Notes: generated by a model not told the origin, from the letters alone. DNA of 64,000 bases from Candidatus Latescibacterota bacterium (GCA_965226795.1 CBDDDZ010000005.1:2624001-2688000); one strand, 5' to 3'; positions 43,017 to 53,829 are shown, numbered from the stretch's first letter. Program-made: numbers and translations.

Positions 43017-44312
43017 ATGGAAAACAAGCCGATGCGAGATCTGCTTGAAAAGGCCGACCGCTACCTTGCCGGCGGCTGTCTGGGCAGCTTTCGGATGCCG
43101 GACGAAGTCGCAACCGTGATCCGGCGCGGAAACGGTTGCCGGATCTACGACACCGAAGACCGGGAGTATATCGACTACGTCCTCGGATCCGGCCCGCTCA
43201 TCCTGGGCCACGCCCACCCCGCTGTGGTCGAAGCCGTCCAACGCCAGGTTGCGCTGGGCTCGACCTTCTACGCGCTCAACGAACCCATCATCCGGCTGGC
43301 CGAGCGCATCGTTGAAGCCTCGCCCTGCGGGGAATCCATCCGCTTCACCTCCTCGGGCACCGAAGGTACTTTTTCCGCGCTGCGAATGGCGCGGGCGTTC
43401 ACCGGCCGCGAGAAGATCCTGAAATTCGAGGGCGGCTGGCACGGAGCCCACGACTACGCCCAGCAGAGCACGACACCGCCGAAGCCCACGGACGGTCCTT
43501 TGCCCGTCCCCGACTCCCACGGCATACCCAAAGCCGTCGGCCAATCGGTTCTGGTCGCCCCTTTCAACGATGCCAACGTCGCCGAAGAACTCATCGCGTC
43601 CTACGCAGACGACCTGGCGGCCGTTATCGTCGAACCCTTTCAACGCGCCCTTAGGCCCGAACCCGGCTTTCTGGAAGCCATCCGGCAAGCTTCAAGCACC
43701 CACGGCACCATCCTCATTTTCGACGAAGTCGTTACCGGCTTCCGCATCGCATGGGGCGGCGCACAGGAGCGCTACGGCGTCGTACCGGACGTCGCCGTCT
43801 ACGGAAAGACGATTAGCGGTGGGTATCCGATGGCCGCCGTCTGTGGGCGCGCGGATATCCTCGCATTCGCCGACCCCCGCCGTAAAGGGAACGCGCCGTA
43901 TGCCTTTGTGAGCGGCACCACTAATGGGAACCCCGTCAGCGCCGCCGCCGGCCTGGCAACGTTAGACGTACTGGAAACCGACGGCGTCTACACACGGCTC
44001 TACGAAATCCCCGCACGTCTAAGGAACGGCCTGGAAGCACTCGGCGCACGGGCGGGGCTGCCCCTTCAAGTCCTGGGCGAAGGACCGGTCCTACAGCCCT
44101 ATTTCGCTGATATCGAAATCCGAAACTACGCCGACACACTGAGAGCCGACGCAGGTGCCGCCAAACAATTCGGCATTGAAATGATCAAACGTGGCATCTT
44201 CTTCAACCCGGGCAGTAAGATCTATTTTTCGCTTGCCCACACCGAGGCGGACATCGACCGGACACTGGAGGCCGCTGAGGCGGCCCTCAAGCGGGTTGAA
44301 GTCGATATATAG
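43017..44312 (+). CDS. Class III PLP aminotransferase (GSA-aminomutase-like)
   Basis: YIDYVLGSGPLILGH, SGTEG, FEGGWHG, LIFDEVVTGFR, YGKTISGG, GTTNGNP. Confidence 0.9.
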   Translation: MENKPMRDLLEKADRYLAGGCLGSFRMPDEVATVIRRGNGCRIYDTEDREYIDYVLGSGPLILGHAHPAVVEAVQRQVALGSTFYALNEPIIRLAERIVEASPCGESIRFTSSGTEGTFSALRMARAFTGREKILKFEGGWHGAHDYAQQSTTPPKPTDGPLPVPDSHGIPKAVGQSVLVAPFNDANVAEELIASYADDLAAVIVEPFQRALRPEPGFLEAIRQASSTHGTILIFDEVVTGFRIAWGGAQERYGVVPDVAVYGKTISGGYPMAAVCGRADILAFADPRRKGNAPYAFVSGTTNGNPVSAAAGLATLDVLETDGVYTRLYEIPARLRNGLEALGARAGLPLQVLGEGPVLQPYFADIEIRNYADTLRADAGAAKQFGIEMIKRGIFFNPGSKIYFSLAHTEADIDRTLEAAEAALKRVEVDI

Positions 44313-44406
44313 CATCGGCAGGGGAAAAGGCGGTGTGGCGGCTGCCCGTGAATCGTTGAGGGCCGCTTCACGGGCGCGTCCCGTCTTCAAAGGCGAATCG
44401 TAATAT

Positions 44407-45405
44407 ATGGACCTTTTCCTGGAAAAATCCACCGTTGTCGGCGCCGGTCTGATGGGTAGTCAGATCGCCCTGGTCCTGGCCCTGGGGAGCAAGCAAACCT
44501 GGCTGATCGGCCGGCGGGCGGAAAGCCTCGTCGATGCCCGAAAGAACCTGCAAAGATACGCGAGGGACCTCCACCGGCACAACCGGCTACGGGGTGAAAC
44601 GCCTGAAACCGTCCTGGACCGAATACGTACCACAACGGACCTGGAAGTTGCGGCTGCCGATTCCGCTTTTATCGTGGAATCCATCACCGAAGACCTCGCC
44701 GCCAAACAAGCGCTCTTCCAGCGCCTGGATACCCTGTCGGAGAGGGATGTTCCCCTCGTCAGCAACACGTCTGGCCTTCCCATCAGCAGACTTGCGGAAC
44801 GCGCGCGTCACAGGAATCGCGTTGCGGGCTCCCATTTCGTACAGCCGGCTCACATCGTTCCCGTTGCCGAAATAGTCCGCGGCGAACAGACCTCGAACGA
44901 GACATTGGATCGTATCGCCAGCATCTGGCAACGGCTGGGCTACTTTCCCCTTCGCGTGAACAAGGACGTGCCCGGGTTTCTCGTCAACCGGCTGCAACAC
45001 GCGCTCATCCGAGAAGCCGTGGACCTGCTGGCCTCGGGCGTCGCTACCGCAGAAGATATCGACGACGCCTTCCGGCTGGGACTGGCGCCCAGATTCACCA
45101 CCACAGGCCCGCTGGAACAACGAGACATCAACGGTCTGACGATGCACGTTCGCGTGGCCTCGCATCTCTGGCGGACCCTGGCCGGGTGGGAGCAGCCACT
45201 GGCCCACCTCCAGGCGCTCGTCGCGACGGGAGCCACCGGACTGGAATCCGGAAACGGCTACTACAACTGGGCGGACCGCGATCCGCACGCGGTCCGCGCT
45301 GAAAAGGACGAGCAACTCCTGCGCCGGACCGCCGAGGTGATGGCGGATTGGGAGGAAGAGCAGGCGAAGCGTCGGCAAGGGTTCGGAACCCAGGCTTCGC
45401 AGTAG
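44407..45405 (+). CDS. 3-hydroxyacyl-CoA dehydrogenase family protein
   Basis: VVGAGLMGSQIA, ESITEDLAAK, SNTSG, HFVQPAH, PGFLVNRLQ, GPLE. Confidence 0.9.
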   Translation: MDLFLEKSTVVGAGLMGSQIALVLALGSKQTWLIGRRAESLVDARKNLQRYARDLHRHNRLRGETPETVLDRIRTTTDLEVAAADSAFIVESITEDLAAKQALFQRLDTLSERDVPLVSNTSGLPISRLAERARHRNRVAGSHFVQPAHIVPVAEIVRGEQTSNETLDRIASIWQRLGYFPLRVNKDVPGFLVNRLQHALIREAVDLLASGVATAEDIDDAFRLGLAPRFTTTGPLEQRDINGLTMHVRVASHLWRTLAGWEQPLAHLQALVATGATGLESGNGYYNWADRDPHAVRAEKDEQLLRRTAEVMADWEEEQAKRRQGFGTQASQ

Positions 45406-45440
45406 GTCAACCACTGTATTTCGTTTAGCCAGGAGGCACA

Positions 45441-46316
45441 ATGGCCGCCAACCTGTACCTCATGTCGGCTGAAGAACGATATTTCTTCGACCTGACCGGG
45501 TATCTCGTCGTTAGAAACGCCCTCACGGTCGAAGAGGCACAGGAATGCAATAGCGCTCTTGATCGCTTTGCCGACCACATGACCACACGCCCCATCAAGT
45601 CCCACAGCCTCGCGGGCGGCTCATCGGCCCTGGAGGGCAAACAGGGGCGGACGGAACTCACGGGGATGCTCGGCTGGCCGACACCCTACCGCGAGCCATT
45701 CCGCAAACTCCTCGTCCATCCCGTTGTGGTCTCCCGTCTGAACGTCATGTCCGGTACGGGATTCCGCCTTGACCATGGCCCCCTGCTTATAGGCACCGAA
45801 GCCGGCGCCGAGGGTCACCAGTTGCACGGCGCGGGCGAACCTTTCAGTCCTTCCGTATGGTACCACCAGCAGAATGGCAACATTTATTGCCGAGGTGTCA
45901 CCGTCGCATGGCAACTGGCTGACGTCAATAAGGGGGACGGCGGCTTCTGCATCGTACCCGGCAGCCACAAGACACGCGAACCCACCCCGGCGGGCGTACG
46001 GTCCCTAGAAGACAACAAGGACCTGGTTGTACAGCCAGTGATGAGAGCCGGTGACGTCCTGTTTTTTGCCGAAACCGCCACGCACGGCACCCTTCCCTGG
46101 AAGGGGAAACACGGACGCCGCTCCGTTCTCTACAAATATGCCTCCCGGGCCGTCGCGCGGGCGACAGGTCGCCATTTCGTACCAGAAACCCGCTGGGGAG
46201 AATGGGTCCGCGACCTCACACCTGAACAGAAGGCCGTCCTCTACGGTCCCGGAGTCCACACCGGTAACGACTTTCCCCGGCTCGGATCCGACGGCCACAG
46301 CACCTGGATTGCCTGA
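45441..46316 (+). CDS. PhyH-fold Fe(II)/2OG enzyme, HxA variant
   Basis: FDLTGYLVVRNAL, LHGAGE, DGGFCIVPGSHK, AGDVLFF, THGT, RRSVLYKY. Confidence 0.88.
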   Translation: MAANLYLMSAEERYFFDLTGYLVVRNALTVEEAQECNSALDRFADHMTTRPIKSHSLAGGSSALEGKQGRTELTGMLGWPTPYREPFRKLLVHPVVVSRLNVMSGTGFRLDHGPLLIGTEAGAEGHQLHGAGEPFSPSVWYHQQNGNIYCRGVTVAWQLADVNKGDGGFCIVPGSHKTREPTPAGVRSLEDNKDLVVQPVMRAGDVLFFAETATHGTLPWKGKHGRRSVLYKYASRAVARATGRHFVPETRWGEWVRDLTPEQKAVLYGPGVHTGNDFPRLGSDGHSTWIA

Positions 46317-46365
46317 ACCACCATTCAGATGGGCACGGAAGTAGAGAAGGCCCGTGGAGAATACG

Positions 46366-47229
46366 ATGGACGCAAAGGAACGTTATTTCTGGGATCTCTC
46401 GGGCTATCTCGTCGTACAAGACGTGCTGACACCCGAAGAAATCGCCGCTGCGAACGAAGCCATCGACCGACACCAGGACCGGATACATATGGGCGACGAC
46501 AATCGGGGTGCGCGAGGCTCACATTCCCTCCGGGGCGCCGGACGCCCCACCATGCACGGCCTCCTGCAAATGGAACGCCCGTACTGTGAACCGTTCCGAG
46601 AGATGCTGGCCCACCCCTCCGTCGTCCTGCGCCTGAACGTGATGTGCGGCGCCGGCTTTCGCCTGGATCACGGTCCATTGCTCATATCCGGCGTCAAAGG
46701 CACCGAAGGCCTGACCATGCACGGCGCCGGCGAACCGCACAGACCCTACGTGGCATACAATCACCAGAACAGTCAAACCTATTGCGGCGGCGTCACGGTG
46801 AGTTGGCAACTCGCCGACGTAAACCCGGAGGACGGAGGATTCACATGCGTACCCGGCAGCCACAAATCCGGTTTTCCAATGCCTCCGGGCGTGCGTACGT
46901 GCGACGATGACCTGGGTACCGTTGTACAGCCAGCCATGCGGGCGGGCGATGTCCTGTTCTTCATGGACGGAGCGCAGACCCATGGGACACGTCCCTGGCA
47001 GAGCGAGCAGCCCCGACGCTCAGTGCTGTTCAAATACGCCGCCCGTTCGTGTGTGCGTGGCGGTCCGGCGAGTCAACTGGCCCCCCCGGAAATATACTGG
47101 GGCGAAGACGTCGTCGTCGGTATGACCGACGAACAGCGCGCGGTCATGTTCGGCCCCTACGCCAACCACGGAGGCGAAGTTCCATTCCTTTCCGTGGACG
47201 AAGACGGTAACGTGCGCATCGAACGATAA
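46366..47229 (+). CDS. PhyH-fold Fe(II)/2OG enzyme, HxA variant; tandem paralog of the previous gene
   Basis: WDLSGYLVVQDVL, MHGAGE, DGGFTCVPGSHK, AGDVLFF, THGT, RRSVLFKY. Confidence 0.88.
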   Translation: MDAKERYFWDLSGYLVVQDVLTPEEIAAANEAIDRHQDRIHMGDDNRGARGSHSLRGAGRPTMHGLLQMERPYCEPFREMLAHPSVVLRLNVMCGAGFRLDHGPLLISGVKGTEGLTMHGAGEPHRPYVAYNHQNSQTYCGGVTVSWQLADVNPEDGGFTCVPGSHKSGFPMPPGVRTCDDDLGTVVQPAMRAGDVLFFMDGAQTHGTRPWQSEQPRRSVLFKYAARSCVRGGPASQLAPPEIYWGEDVVVGMTDEQRAVMFGPYANHGGEVPFLSVDEDGNVRIER

Positions 47230-47240
47230 GAAGCAGCTCT

Positions 47241-48233
47241 ATGGAAGCACCAGCAGCTTCAACGATTGTACGCCTGATTCAGAATACCTATCCCTCGTTC
47301 GCCCTGCTTGCCGGTATGCAGCTTGGCGTATTTACGTCGCTGGCAGACGGCCCACTCGATGCGGAACAAATCGCCGGAAAAATCCGGGTAACGGCCGAGC
47401 GCCTGTCCCCACTGCTTTACGCGCTGGTGGCAACGGGCCTGCTGGGCGTCGAAAACAATCGCTTCTTCAACGGCAGCGAGGCTCGGCATCACCTGGTAGA
47501 GACCAGCCCCGATTACATCGGCAACGTCCACCACCTGCTCTCCGACCTGTGGTCGGCAACCCTCAAGACTGCGGACTCGATTCGGCTAGGCCAACCGCAG
47601 GCCGAACACAGCTTTACGGAAATGCCCCCCGGTCAGTTGTACACCTTCTTTCGTGGCCTTCACGACGAGGCGCTTGCGGCCGGACGGGATCTGGTAAGAC
47701 GTTTCGACATTTCATCCTCCACGCGACTGCTGGATGTCGGCGGGGGTTCAGGGGGCTTGGCCATCGGCATTACCGAAGCGAGTCCCAACCTTAGCGCAAC
47801 CGTTCTGGACCTGCCCGAAGTGCTCCCGATTACGAGACGCTTCATCCGTGAGGCGAATGCGACCGACCGGATCCACACCCTCGCGCTAGACGCCACCCGC
47901 GAACCCGTTCCGGGCAAGTTCGACGCGGCTGTGGTCAAAGCCTTTTTCCAGACCCTTCCTCCATGCCAGGCAGGTCGGGCCCTATCGCACATAGGAGCCG
48001 CACTCATGCCCGGCAGCGCCATCTACATTCTGGGTAACGGCATCCTGGACGACTGCCGTTATTCACCGCCCGAAGCGGCTATCTTCAACATCGTCTTCCT
48101 CAACATCTATCGAGGGGGGCGCGCTTACACGGAAACCGAGTACAGAACCTGGTTGACCCAGGCGGGATTCGGGAGTGTCCAGCGGGTCAGTCAACCGAAT
48201 GGATCGAGCATCCTCACGGCACGCAAAATATGA
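47241..48233 (+). CDS. SAM-dependent O-methyltransferase with N-terminal dimerisation domain
   Basis: QLGVFTSLADGP, LLDVGGGSG, TVLDLPEV, GRAYTETEY..WL..AGF. Confidence 0.88.
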   Translation: MEAPAASTIVRLIQNTYPSFALLAGMQLGVFTSLADGPLDAEQIAGKIRVTAERLSPLLYALVATGLLGVENNRFFNGSEARHHLVETSPDYIGNVHHLLSDLWSATLKTADSIRLGQPQAEHSFTEMPPGQLYTFFRGLHDEALAAGRDLVRRFDISSSTRLLDVGGGSGGLAIGITEASPNLSATVLDLPEVLPITRRFIREANATDRIHTLALDATREPVPGKFDAAVVKAFFQTLPPCQAGRALSHIGAALMPGSAIYILGNGILDDCRYSPPEAAIFNIVFLNIYRGGRAYTETEYRTWLTQAGFGSVQRVSQPNGSSILTARKI

Positions 48234-48430
48234 ACCGGTCGCTGCGCCGCGAACCGGCCGCGGATGACGGACTCCCGTCAGAATCGTGTTGACAACCGGG
48301 CGATCTCTGTTTACCTCTAATGCACCTTTCCAGCGGGCGGTTCGGAAGTTGCCCCGCCCCGTTTGCGGTTCGGCGTTGATACAATGACGGTTTCCATCAC
48401 CGAGTCGCATACCTACCCTTAGGGGCATGC

Positions 48431-49267
48431 ATGGATATCGACCTGGAAACGTACCTGTTTGACCTTCGCGGTTATCTACATCTCGAAAACGCGCTCTCAC
48501 AGGGGGAAGTTGAGGAACTCAATGCCTGGCTGGATGAAATTCCCCCGCTAATGCCAGGGGAGTGGTTCGGCCATATACATGCGCACACCTACGGCGACGA
48601 CACATCCGGTCTGAACCTGCAGCAGATTTATGAAGCCGGGGAGCCCTTCGAAAAACTCATCGACCATCCCTCGTGGTTCGAAAAGGTGAAGCGCTTTGTG
48701 GGAGGCGAAGGCAGCTTCGACTACCACCATGGCCCCTTGTTCATCGACGAGAATTTCGCGAATTTTCGCGAACCCGGCGAAGCCATCGGGCTACACTCCG
48801 GTGGATACCCGCCCATTTTGCGCAATCAGTTTCGCTTCCACGGCGGGCGCTTCATGTGCGGCCAGATCAACATCCTCATAGCGCTTACGGACATCGGACC
48901 CGGCGACGGCGGCACTATGGTCATCCCCGGAAGCCATAAAGCCAACTTCAAACACCCGCACTTCGACAGACACAGGATGTCCAGAAACGCCACTGTCGAA
49001 GGCATTGAAGGCGCCGTCGAAATCCATATGACCGCGGGGGACGCGCTTCTATTTGTGGACAGCATCTCACACGGCTCCGCCCGGCGGTCCAACCCGGGTA
49101 CCCGGCGCGTGGTTGTCTACCGGTACGGACCCTCATGGGGAAACTTTCGCCACGGTTATCAGCCGTCAACGGAACTCCTGCAAAGACTCACGCCGGAGCG
49201 CCGCCGGATCGTACAACCCCTCAATCTCATCCCGAGAAAACCGGAAGAAAAAGTCAATCTCAGTTAG
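48431..49267 (+). CDS. PhyH-fold Fe(II)/2OG enzyme, HxG variant
   Basis: YLFDLRGYL, LIDHPSW, LHSGG, DGGTMVIPGSHK, AGDALLF, SHGS, RRVVVYRY. Confidence 0.88.
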   Translation: MDIDLETYLFDLRGYLHLENALSQGEVEELNAWLDEIPPLMPGEWFGHIHAHTYGDDTSGLNLQQIYEAGEPFEKLIDHPSWFEKVKRFVGGEGSFDYHHGPLFIDENFANFREPGEAIGLHSGGYPPILRNQFRFHGGRFMCGQINILIALTDIGPGDGGTMVIPGSHKANFKHPHFDRHRMSRNATVEGIEGAVEIHMTAGDALLFVDSISHGSARRSNPGTRRVVVYRYGPSWGNFRHGYQPSTELLQRLTPERRRIVQPLNLIPRKPEEKVNLS

Positions 49268-49528
49268 ATGCGACACAGACAGACGGCAAATTGACCGCAT
49301 CCCATTTCGTACGGACGTCGGGGTCCTGAAACGCGAGGAGGCTCAAGATTGCCGCGACCCGCGGCATTTCCGGTTGAGCAACTTGCCGGGGCCTGCACCG
49401 ATCCAGAAACCATTATACACGAATTTATCGCTTCACAAGCAACCCGTTTGTATTCTCAGACATCCCGCCAGGACGATATTCGTCATATATACCAAGGGTA
49501 TGCGTAAGAAAAACCGAAGGAGCCCCAG

Positions 49529-50260
49529 ATGACGACCTCTCGCGAAATGCTGGAACAATTAAAAAACTTCGACACCCCGTCAATCACGAACGTCGTGGCC
49601 ACGTATCCCGGTAACCCGCTTTGCCTGAGCCTCTACAATCCCTGGACGGAAAACTGGTACACGGACCAATCCATACGGTGCATGTATCCCGAACTGGGTC
49701 GCACGGTCGGTCACGCGGTGACGTGTGTCTTCGGACTGCCCGACCCCGACTACAACTCTCTGTCGTTTCTGGACGTGATCGACGCCCTGGACGCATCGCC
49801 AAAACCGACCATCCTTGTCTTCCAGCAGAAATTTCCGCCTGAACTCGCGGCCAGGGTCGGACTGGCCGGCGGGAATATGACTTCGGCAATGAAGGCAGTC
49901 GGCTGTGTGGGCGCCATCTCCAACGGCCCTTCCAGGGACATCGACGAGATCCGCCCCATGAAATTTCAATTCATGCTCAGCGGCGTCACCGCCGGACACG
50001 GGGGCATGGCAGTACACGCCGTCAATGTGCCGGTCTCGGTAGGCGGGATGGACGTGGCGCCCGGCGAAATCCTCCATATGGACGAAAACGGCGCGTGCAA
50101 GTTCCCCTCCGACAAACTGGAAGCCGTTCTCAACAACGTCCGTGCACTGCAAGAGGAAGAGGAAGCACGAATGGGCGCCCTGCTGAGCGCCTCTTCAGCC
50201 GCCGAAGTCCGGGCAATCCTGGACGGCCATACCTACGCCGAAGAAGAAGATGAAAACTGA
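49529..50260 (+). CDS. RraA / HMG-aldolase family protein
   Basis: FDTPSITN, VGHAVT, GAISNGPSRDIDE, PVSVGGMDVAPGEILHMDENG. Confidence 0.85.
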   Translation: MTTSREMLEQLKNFDTPSITNVVATYPGNPLCLSLYNPWTENWYTDQSIRCMYPELGRTVGHAVTCVFGLPDPDYNSLSFLDVIDALDASPKPTILVFQQKFPPELAARVGLAGGNMTSAMKAVGCVGAISNGPSRDIDEIRPMKFQFMLSGVTAGHGGMAVHAVNVPVSVGGMDVAPGEILHMDENGACKFPSDKLEAVLNNVRALQEEEEARMGALLSASSAAEVRAILDGHTYAEEEDEN

Positions 50261-50397
50261 CCCGGCGATTACCGTCTGCTCTGGCACTGACTTGCCTCGC
50301 GAATCTATCCAAAAAATGGATCGCGGGTATCCCGCATGCCTCGGAAGGGCGGCCGATCCGCCTGAGTGAACGTCACAGATTCCTGGAATAATGAGAA

Positions 50398-53300
50398 CTA
50401 TGCCATAATTCTGACGTGATCTCCAACGGCCGTTGAATACACGTCGAATGGTTCGCCGATAACCCTTGAAAAATCAAACGCTTCCTTCACGACAAAGGTC
50501 GTGCGCCCTCTCATTTTGCGAATGGTAAACACGCGATCCCCTATCCGGAGCCGGCATCCCGGATACGCCCCTTCTTTCGGGTGGTCCACGTCACTGTCGA
50601 ACCTGGATCGCCGCCCGGATGCCACCGCGCCCCTGCCCCTGACGAATCGGGGCATATCGGCGAGGTAAACGCGGCTGCCATCGCCTTCCCGCCTGATTCG
50701 CTCTACCAGATACACCGTCTCCAGCCCCGATGGATGACGGACGTAGATTACCTTTCCGTCCAGCGATCCATCCTCCGGCAACCGAACATCCAGAACCAGT
50801 TCACTGCGCCCCGGTTCGCCCGAAATATCTCCCGCCAGCCCCGTCACCGTCGCCTCGTAGTCGCGTATCTGTTCGACTGCCGCGTCGCCCACCCGTAACA
50901 GCGACCCGTCGATCACGTCGAGATCAATTTCCGAGGAGGATTCGCTCATCACGCCGGCGCGTCCCCTGAGTTCAAAGCGCCTTCCATCCGGCAGGGTTGT
51001 TGCCAACCCGGCTCCCTCGGGATCTATTGCGATTGTCCGATCCCGGCCGCGTTCCTCCACCTGTAGCACGACGCCGGAACGATCACGCGCCACCAGCCTT
51101 GCATTCCTCACGAAGCCTTCGCCGCCATGCGCTTCAATAACCGATACGAACAGGCTGGCGTCGCTTCGTTGGCGCAGACAGACCACAGGGAACCAGAAAT
51201 CGTCCAATTTGCCGTCATCCTCCTGCGCACGGCGGATGGACGGTGCGTCGCTGGCCAGCAACCGGCCCGCCTGAACGCCGAGGAACCTGACATCCAACCG
51301 CGTGCCGGAACCCTCGAATCGCGTATTGAAGTCTCCGGAAACCTCCGCCATTCGCGTACGCTTCAGATATCCGAAAAGGGCCCCGTCGGTCCCGTCACCG
51401 TTCAGGATCATCTCCCCGTCCGAGGGCTGGAGATCCACATCCGTGGAAATCGCCTGGTCGAAGTCCGCCGATCCGTGCAGGAGGTAATCGTGCACGTCGC
51501 CGCCCTTCACTTCGAACAGATCCACCACGTACCCGCTATCGGGCCCCGTCGGAACCAGCATCATCGTTCGGCGATACACGGTCGTATTCTCAAATGCCTC
51601 CGGCGCCTCAGCGCAGACAAGTCCCGCACGCGTTCTGGAAACAGGACGAAAGCACCGCAGCTGCCCGCTGTCTCTGGTTTGCTCCTGTCCATCTACAACC
51701 ACGGTGTTGTGGCTCCCGACCGTCGTTGCCCACTCCCGGTATCGGGTATGCGTATATCCGATATCCGATAGCAGTTCCTGCCCGAACACATCCAGGCCCA
51801 TTGCCAATGTATCGTAATGGTGATGCCCGCCCCAGGGGCCGTAACTGAAGGTCGCCCGCACGGCTTTCTTCGATAGTCCCACGCCCAGGATCACATCGCC
51901 CGCCCCCGGCAACAGATAGTTCGAAGGCGCCAGCGCGAGCAAATCCTCCTCCGTGACGCGCCGGGCGGCTTCCGAAGAACGTCGGAAGATGGCATACTCG
52001 ACGTCGGCTACAGGAATCCGGGACGTACCGCTGATTTCATCCGCTGCTTCCACGAATCGGGCCATGGATCCAATTCGACTCGACACGCGGGCGAAACCGG
52101 TGCTCAACGACCACGTATCGTTCGCCATCAGCGTGCGCCCATCGGGCATGAACAATCCCAGCGGCACGGTATAGATGCGCTCCAGAAATGGCATCTCTCC
52201 GAAAACGTCTATTCCACCGGGCCCACTGATTACATCCGGCACGCGGAGCGTCCCCCCTGTAATCATATTGAAATAGTTGAGCGTATCCTCGTGCCAGTAC
52301 CCGTCGTAATAATAACAGTTATCGATCAACGTCCGATACAGCATGTATGCTCTGGCCACGAAATCCGGTTCATCGAGAACTCGCCCCACGAGCGCCAGCC
52401 CGTTGATCCTCCCGCCGTCGTAATTGGTGGAACCGTGCGGGATCTCCAGTGTGTGTCGAATCGCCTCATACAGCAGATCCCGTTCGATTGCCCTGCGTAC
52501 ATCACGGCCTGCGGCTTCGGACAGTTTTTCGATGGCGCGACTGTCTGAAATCAGGTCGTAGACCTGGGCCATCCGGAACGCGTTGTGCGCGTCCGAAAAG
52601 GGGCTGGCGTGAAAATTTCCCATCCTGGCGGATACAAAGGGAAAGGGCGGATCCTTGTAGAAATGATTCTCATAGAATCCCCTCCGATCGGCGTGGAGAT
52701 AGGACACGCCCAGTCCGTGCACGGGATAGTTCTTGTAGACTTCCGAGAGCCGATCCAGAATCACCGCCGCCTTTTCCGCGTATGCCTCCTCCCCCGTAAG
52801 GGCGTACGCCATGGCCAGGGGATCTGCCATTCGGACCACGTGGTACTGCGTGTAGTTCAACAGCATATTTTCGAAGAAATACCGCATCCCTTCATCATCC
52901 TCCCAATAGCGGTATCGGACCGCCCCGCCAGCCGGACCCACCACCTCGATCTCCCCCAACGGCCGGTGGTCCGGTCCCGGAAACACACTACTGCAAATTT
53001 TGCACCTTACGTGCCCCGGATCGTCGGGCGACCAGGACCAGAAATGGATCCGCCAACTCCTCTTCCGCCGGTCCACGGGACAGCGCGGAAGAGGAAAGTT
53101 AACCTGCTCTGAAATACCAGCGCGTATGGTCTCGTCCGGCATCTCCAGGATTTTTCGGCGGGCGATCCAACGCAACTGCCCGTCTCGAAACCGCTTCGCC
53201 CAGTCATGCGATTCCACTCGCCTCCTGGCGCGCTCGATCTGGTCAGAGGTATAGAATAGCGGATGCGCCACGCCTCTGGGAAACGGCCGTTCACCTTTCC

Positions 53301-53445
53301 AGTACCTTGTTTCCCTTGAACAATCTATCCGTTCGATCCCCATATCGCTCCTCCACAAAGCCGGATCGCAACCCGTGGCAAGAACCACTGTGCCCAAACC
53401 GGCGTCTCGCAGAAACTCCCGTCTCGTGAGATCCCTATCAGACAT
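50398..53445 (-). CDS. Heparinase II/III-like polysaccharide lyase, probable Tat lipoprotein
   Basis: TRREFL...LATGC; AYALTGEEAYAEKA, DGYWHE, GHHHYDTL, DIGY, SHNTVVVDG. Confidence 0.8.
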   Translation of the reverse strand: MSDRDLTRREFLRDAGLGTVVLATGCDPALWRSDMGIERIDCSRETRYWKGERPFPRGVAHPLFYTSDQIERARRRVESHDWAKRFRDGQLRWIARRKILEMPDETIRAGISEQVNFPLPRCPVDRRKRSWRIHFWSWSPDDPGHVRCKICSSVFPGPDHRPLGEIEVVGPAGGAVRYRYWEDDEGMRYFFENMLLNYTQYHVVRMADPLAMAYALTGEEAYAEKAAVILDRLSEVYKNYPVHGLGVSYLHADRRGFYENHFYKDPPFPFVSARMGNFHASPFSDAHNAFRMAQVYDLISDSRAIEKLSEAAGRDVRRAIERDLLYEAIRHTLEIPHGSTNYDGGRINGLALVGRVLDEPDFVARAYMLYRTLIDNCYYYDGYWHEDTLNYFNMITGGTLRVPDVISGPGGIDVFGEMPFLERIYTVPLGLFMPDGRTLMANDTWSLSTGFARVSSRIGSMARFVEAADEISGTSRIPVADVEYAIFRRSSEAARRVTEEDLLALAPSNYLLPGAGDVILGVGLSKKAVRATFSYGPWGGHHHYDTLAMGLDVFGQELLSDIGYTHTRYREWATTVGSHNTVVVDGQEQTRDSGQLRCFRPVSRTRAGLVCAEAPEAFENTTVYRRTMMLVPTGPDSGYVVDLFEVKGGDVHDYLLHGSADFDQAISTDVDLQPSDGEMILNGDGTDGALFGYLKRTRMAEVSGDFNTRFEGSGTRLDVRFLGVQAGRLLASDAPSIRRAQEDDGKLDDFWFPVVCLRQRSDASLFVSVIEAHGGEGFVRNARLVARDRSGVVLQVEERGRDRTIAIDPEGAGLATTLPDGRRFELRGRAGVMSESSSEIDLDVIDGSLLRVGDAAVEQIRDYEATVTGLAGDISGEPGRSELVLDVRLPEDGSLDGKVIYVRHPSGLETVYLVERIRREGDGSRVYLADMPRFVRGRGAVASGRRSRFDSDVDHPKEGAYPGCRLRIGDRVFTIRKMRGRTTFVVKEAFDFSRVIGEPFDVYSTAVGDHVRIMA

Positions 53446-53780
53446 TGGAAGCACTCCAGGAAGCGGGCGGCCGGACCGCACCCCTGAAAAAACGCCAACA
53501 GAAAATCCTGCACATGCCGCACGTCCGATTTAACCGCGTCACACGATTGGTGCCGGATCGCGCAAATATACGACGCCCTCCAATTGAAGTCCAGGCACTC
53601 CTTAAAGGCGATTTCAGTCGTTGTCGTCGATACCGAGTAAACGGGAAGTAGTCGCCAGCGAAAAAATAGAGAAAGGATTGCGGAGTCGGCTCACGCTTCG
53701 ATTCTACCTGCGAACGTGGGAAATTCCCGGTTTTCCTTACGGTAGTTTTTCACCAATTCCAGAAAAAATAAATTCTCCCC

Positions 53781-53829
53781 TTGACTTGTCCTAATTGATT
53801 CGTCATATTACTAATAACTTAGTAATATG
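53781..53829 (+). promoter_or_regulatory. Promoter with overlapping palindromic operator, likely for the BlaI-family repressor
   Basis: TTGACT-N17-CATATT; perfect 11-bp inverted repeat CATATTACTAA-TAAC-TTAGTAATATG (53804-53829). Confidence 0.7.
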
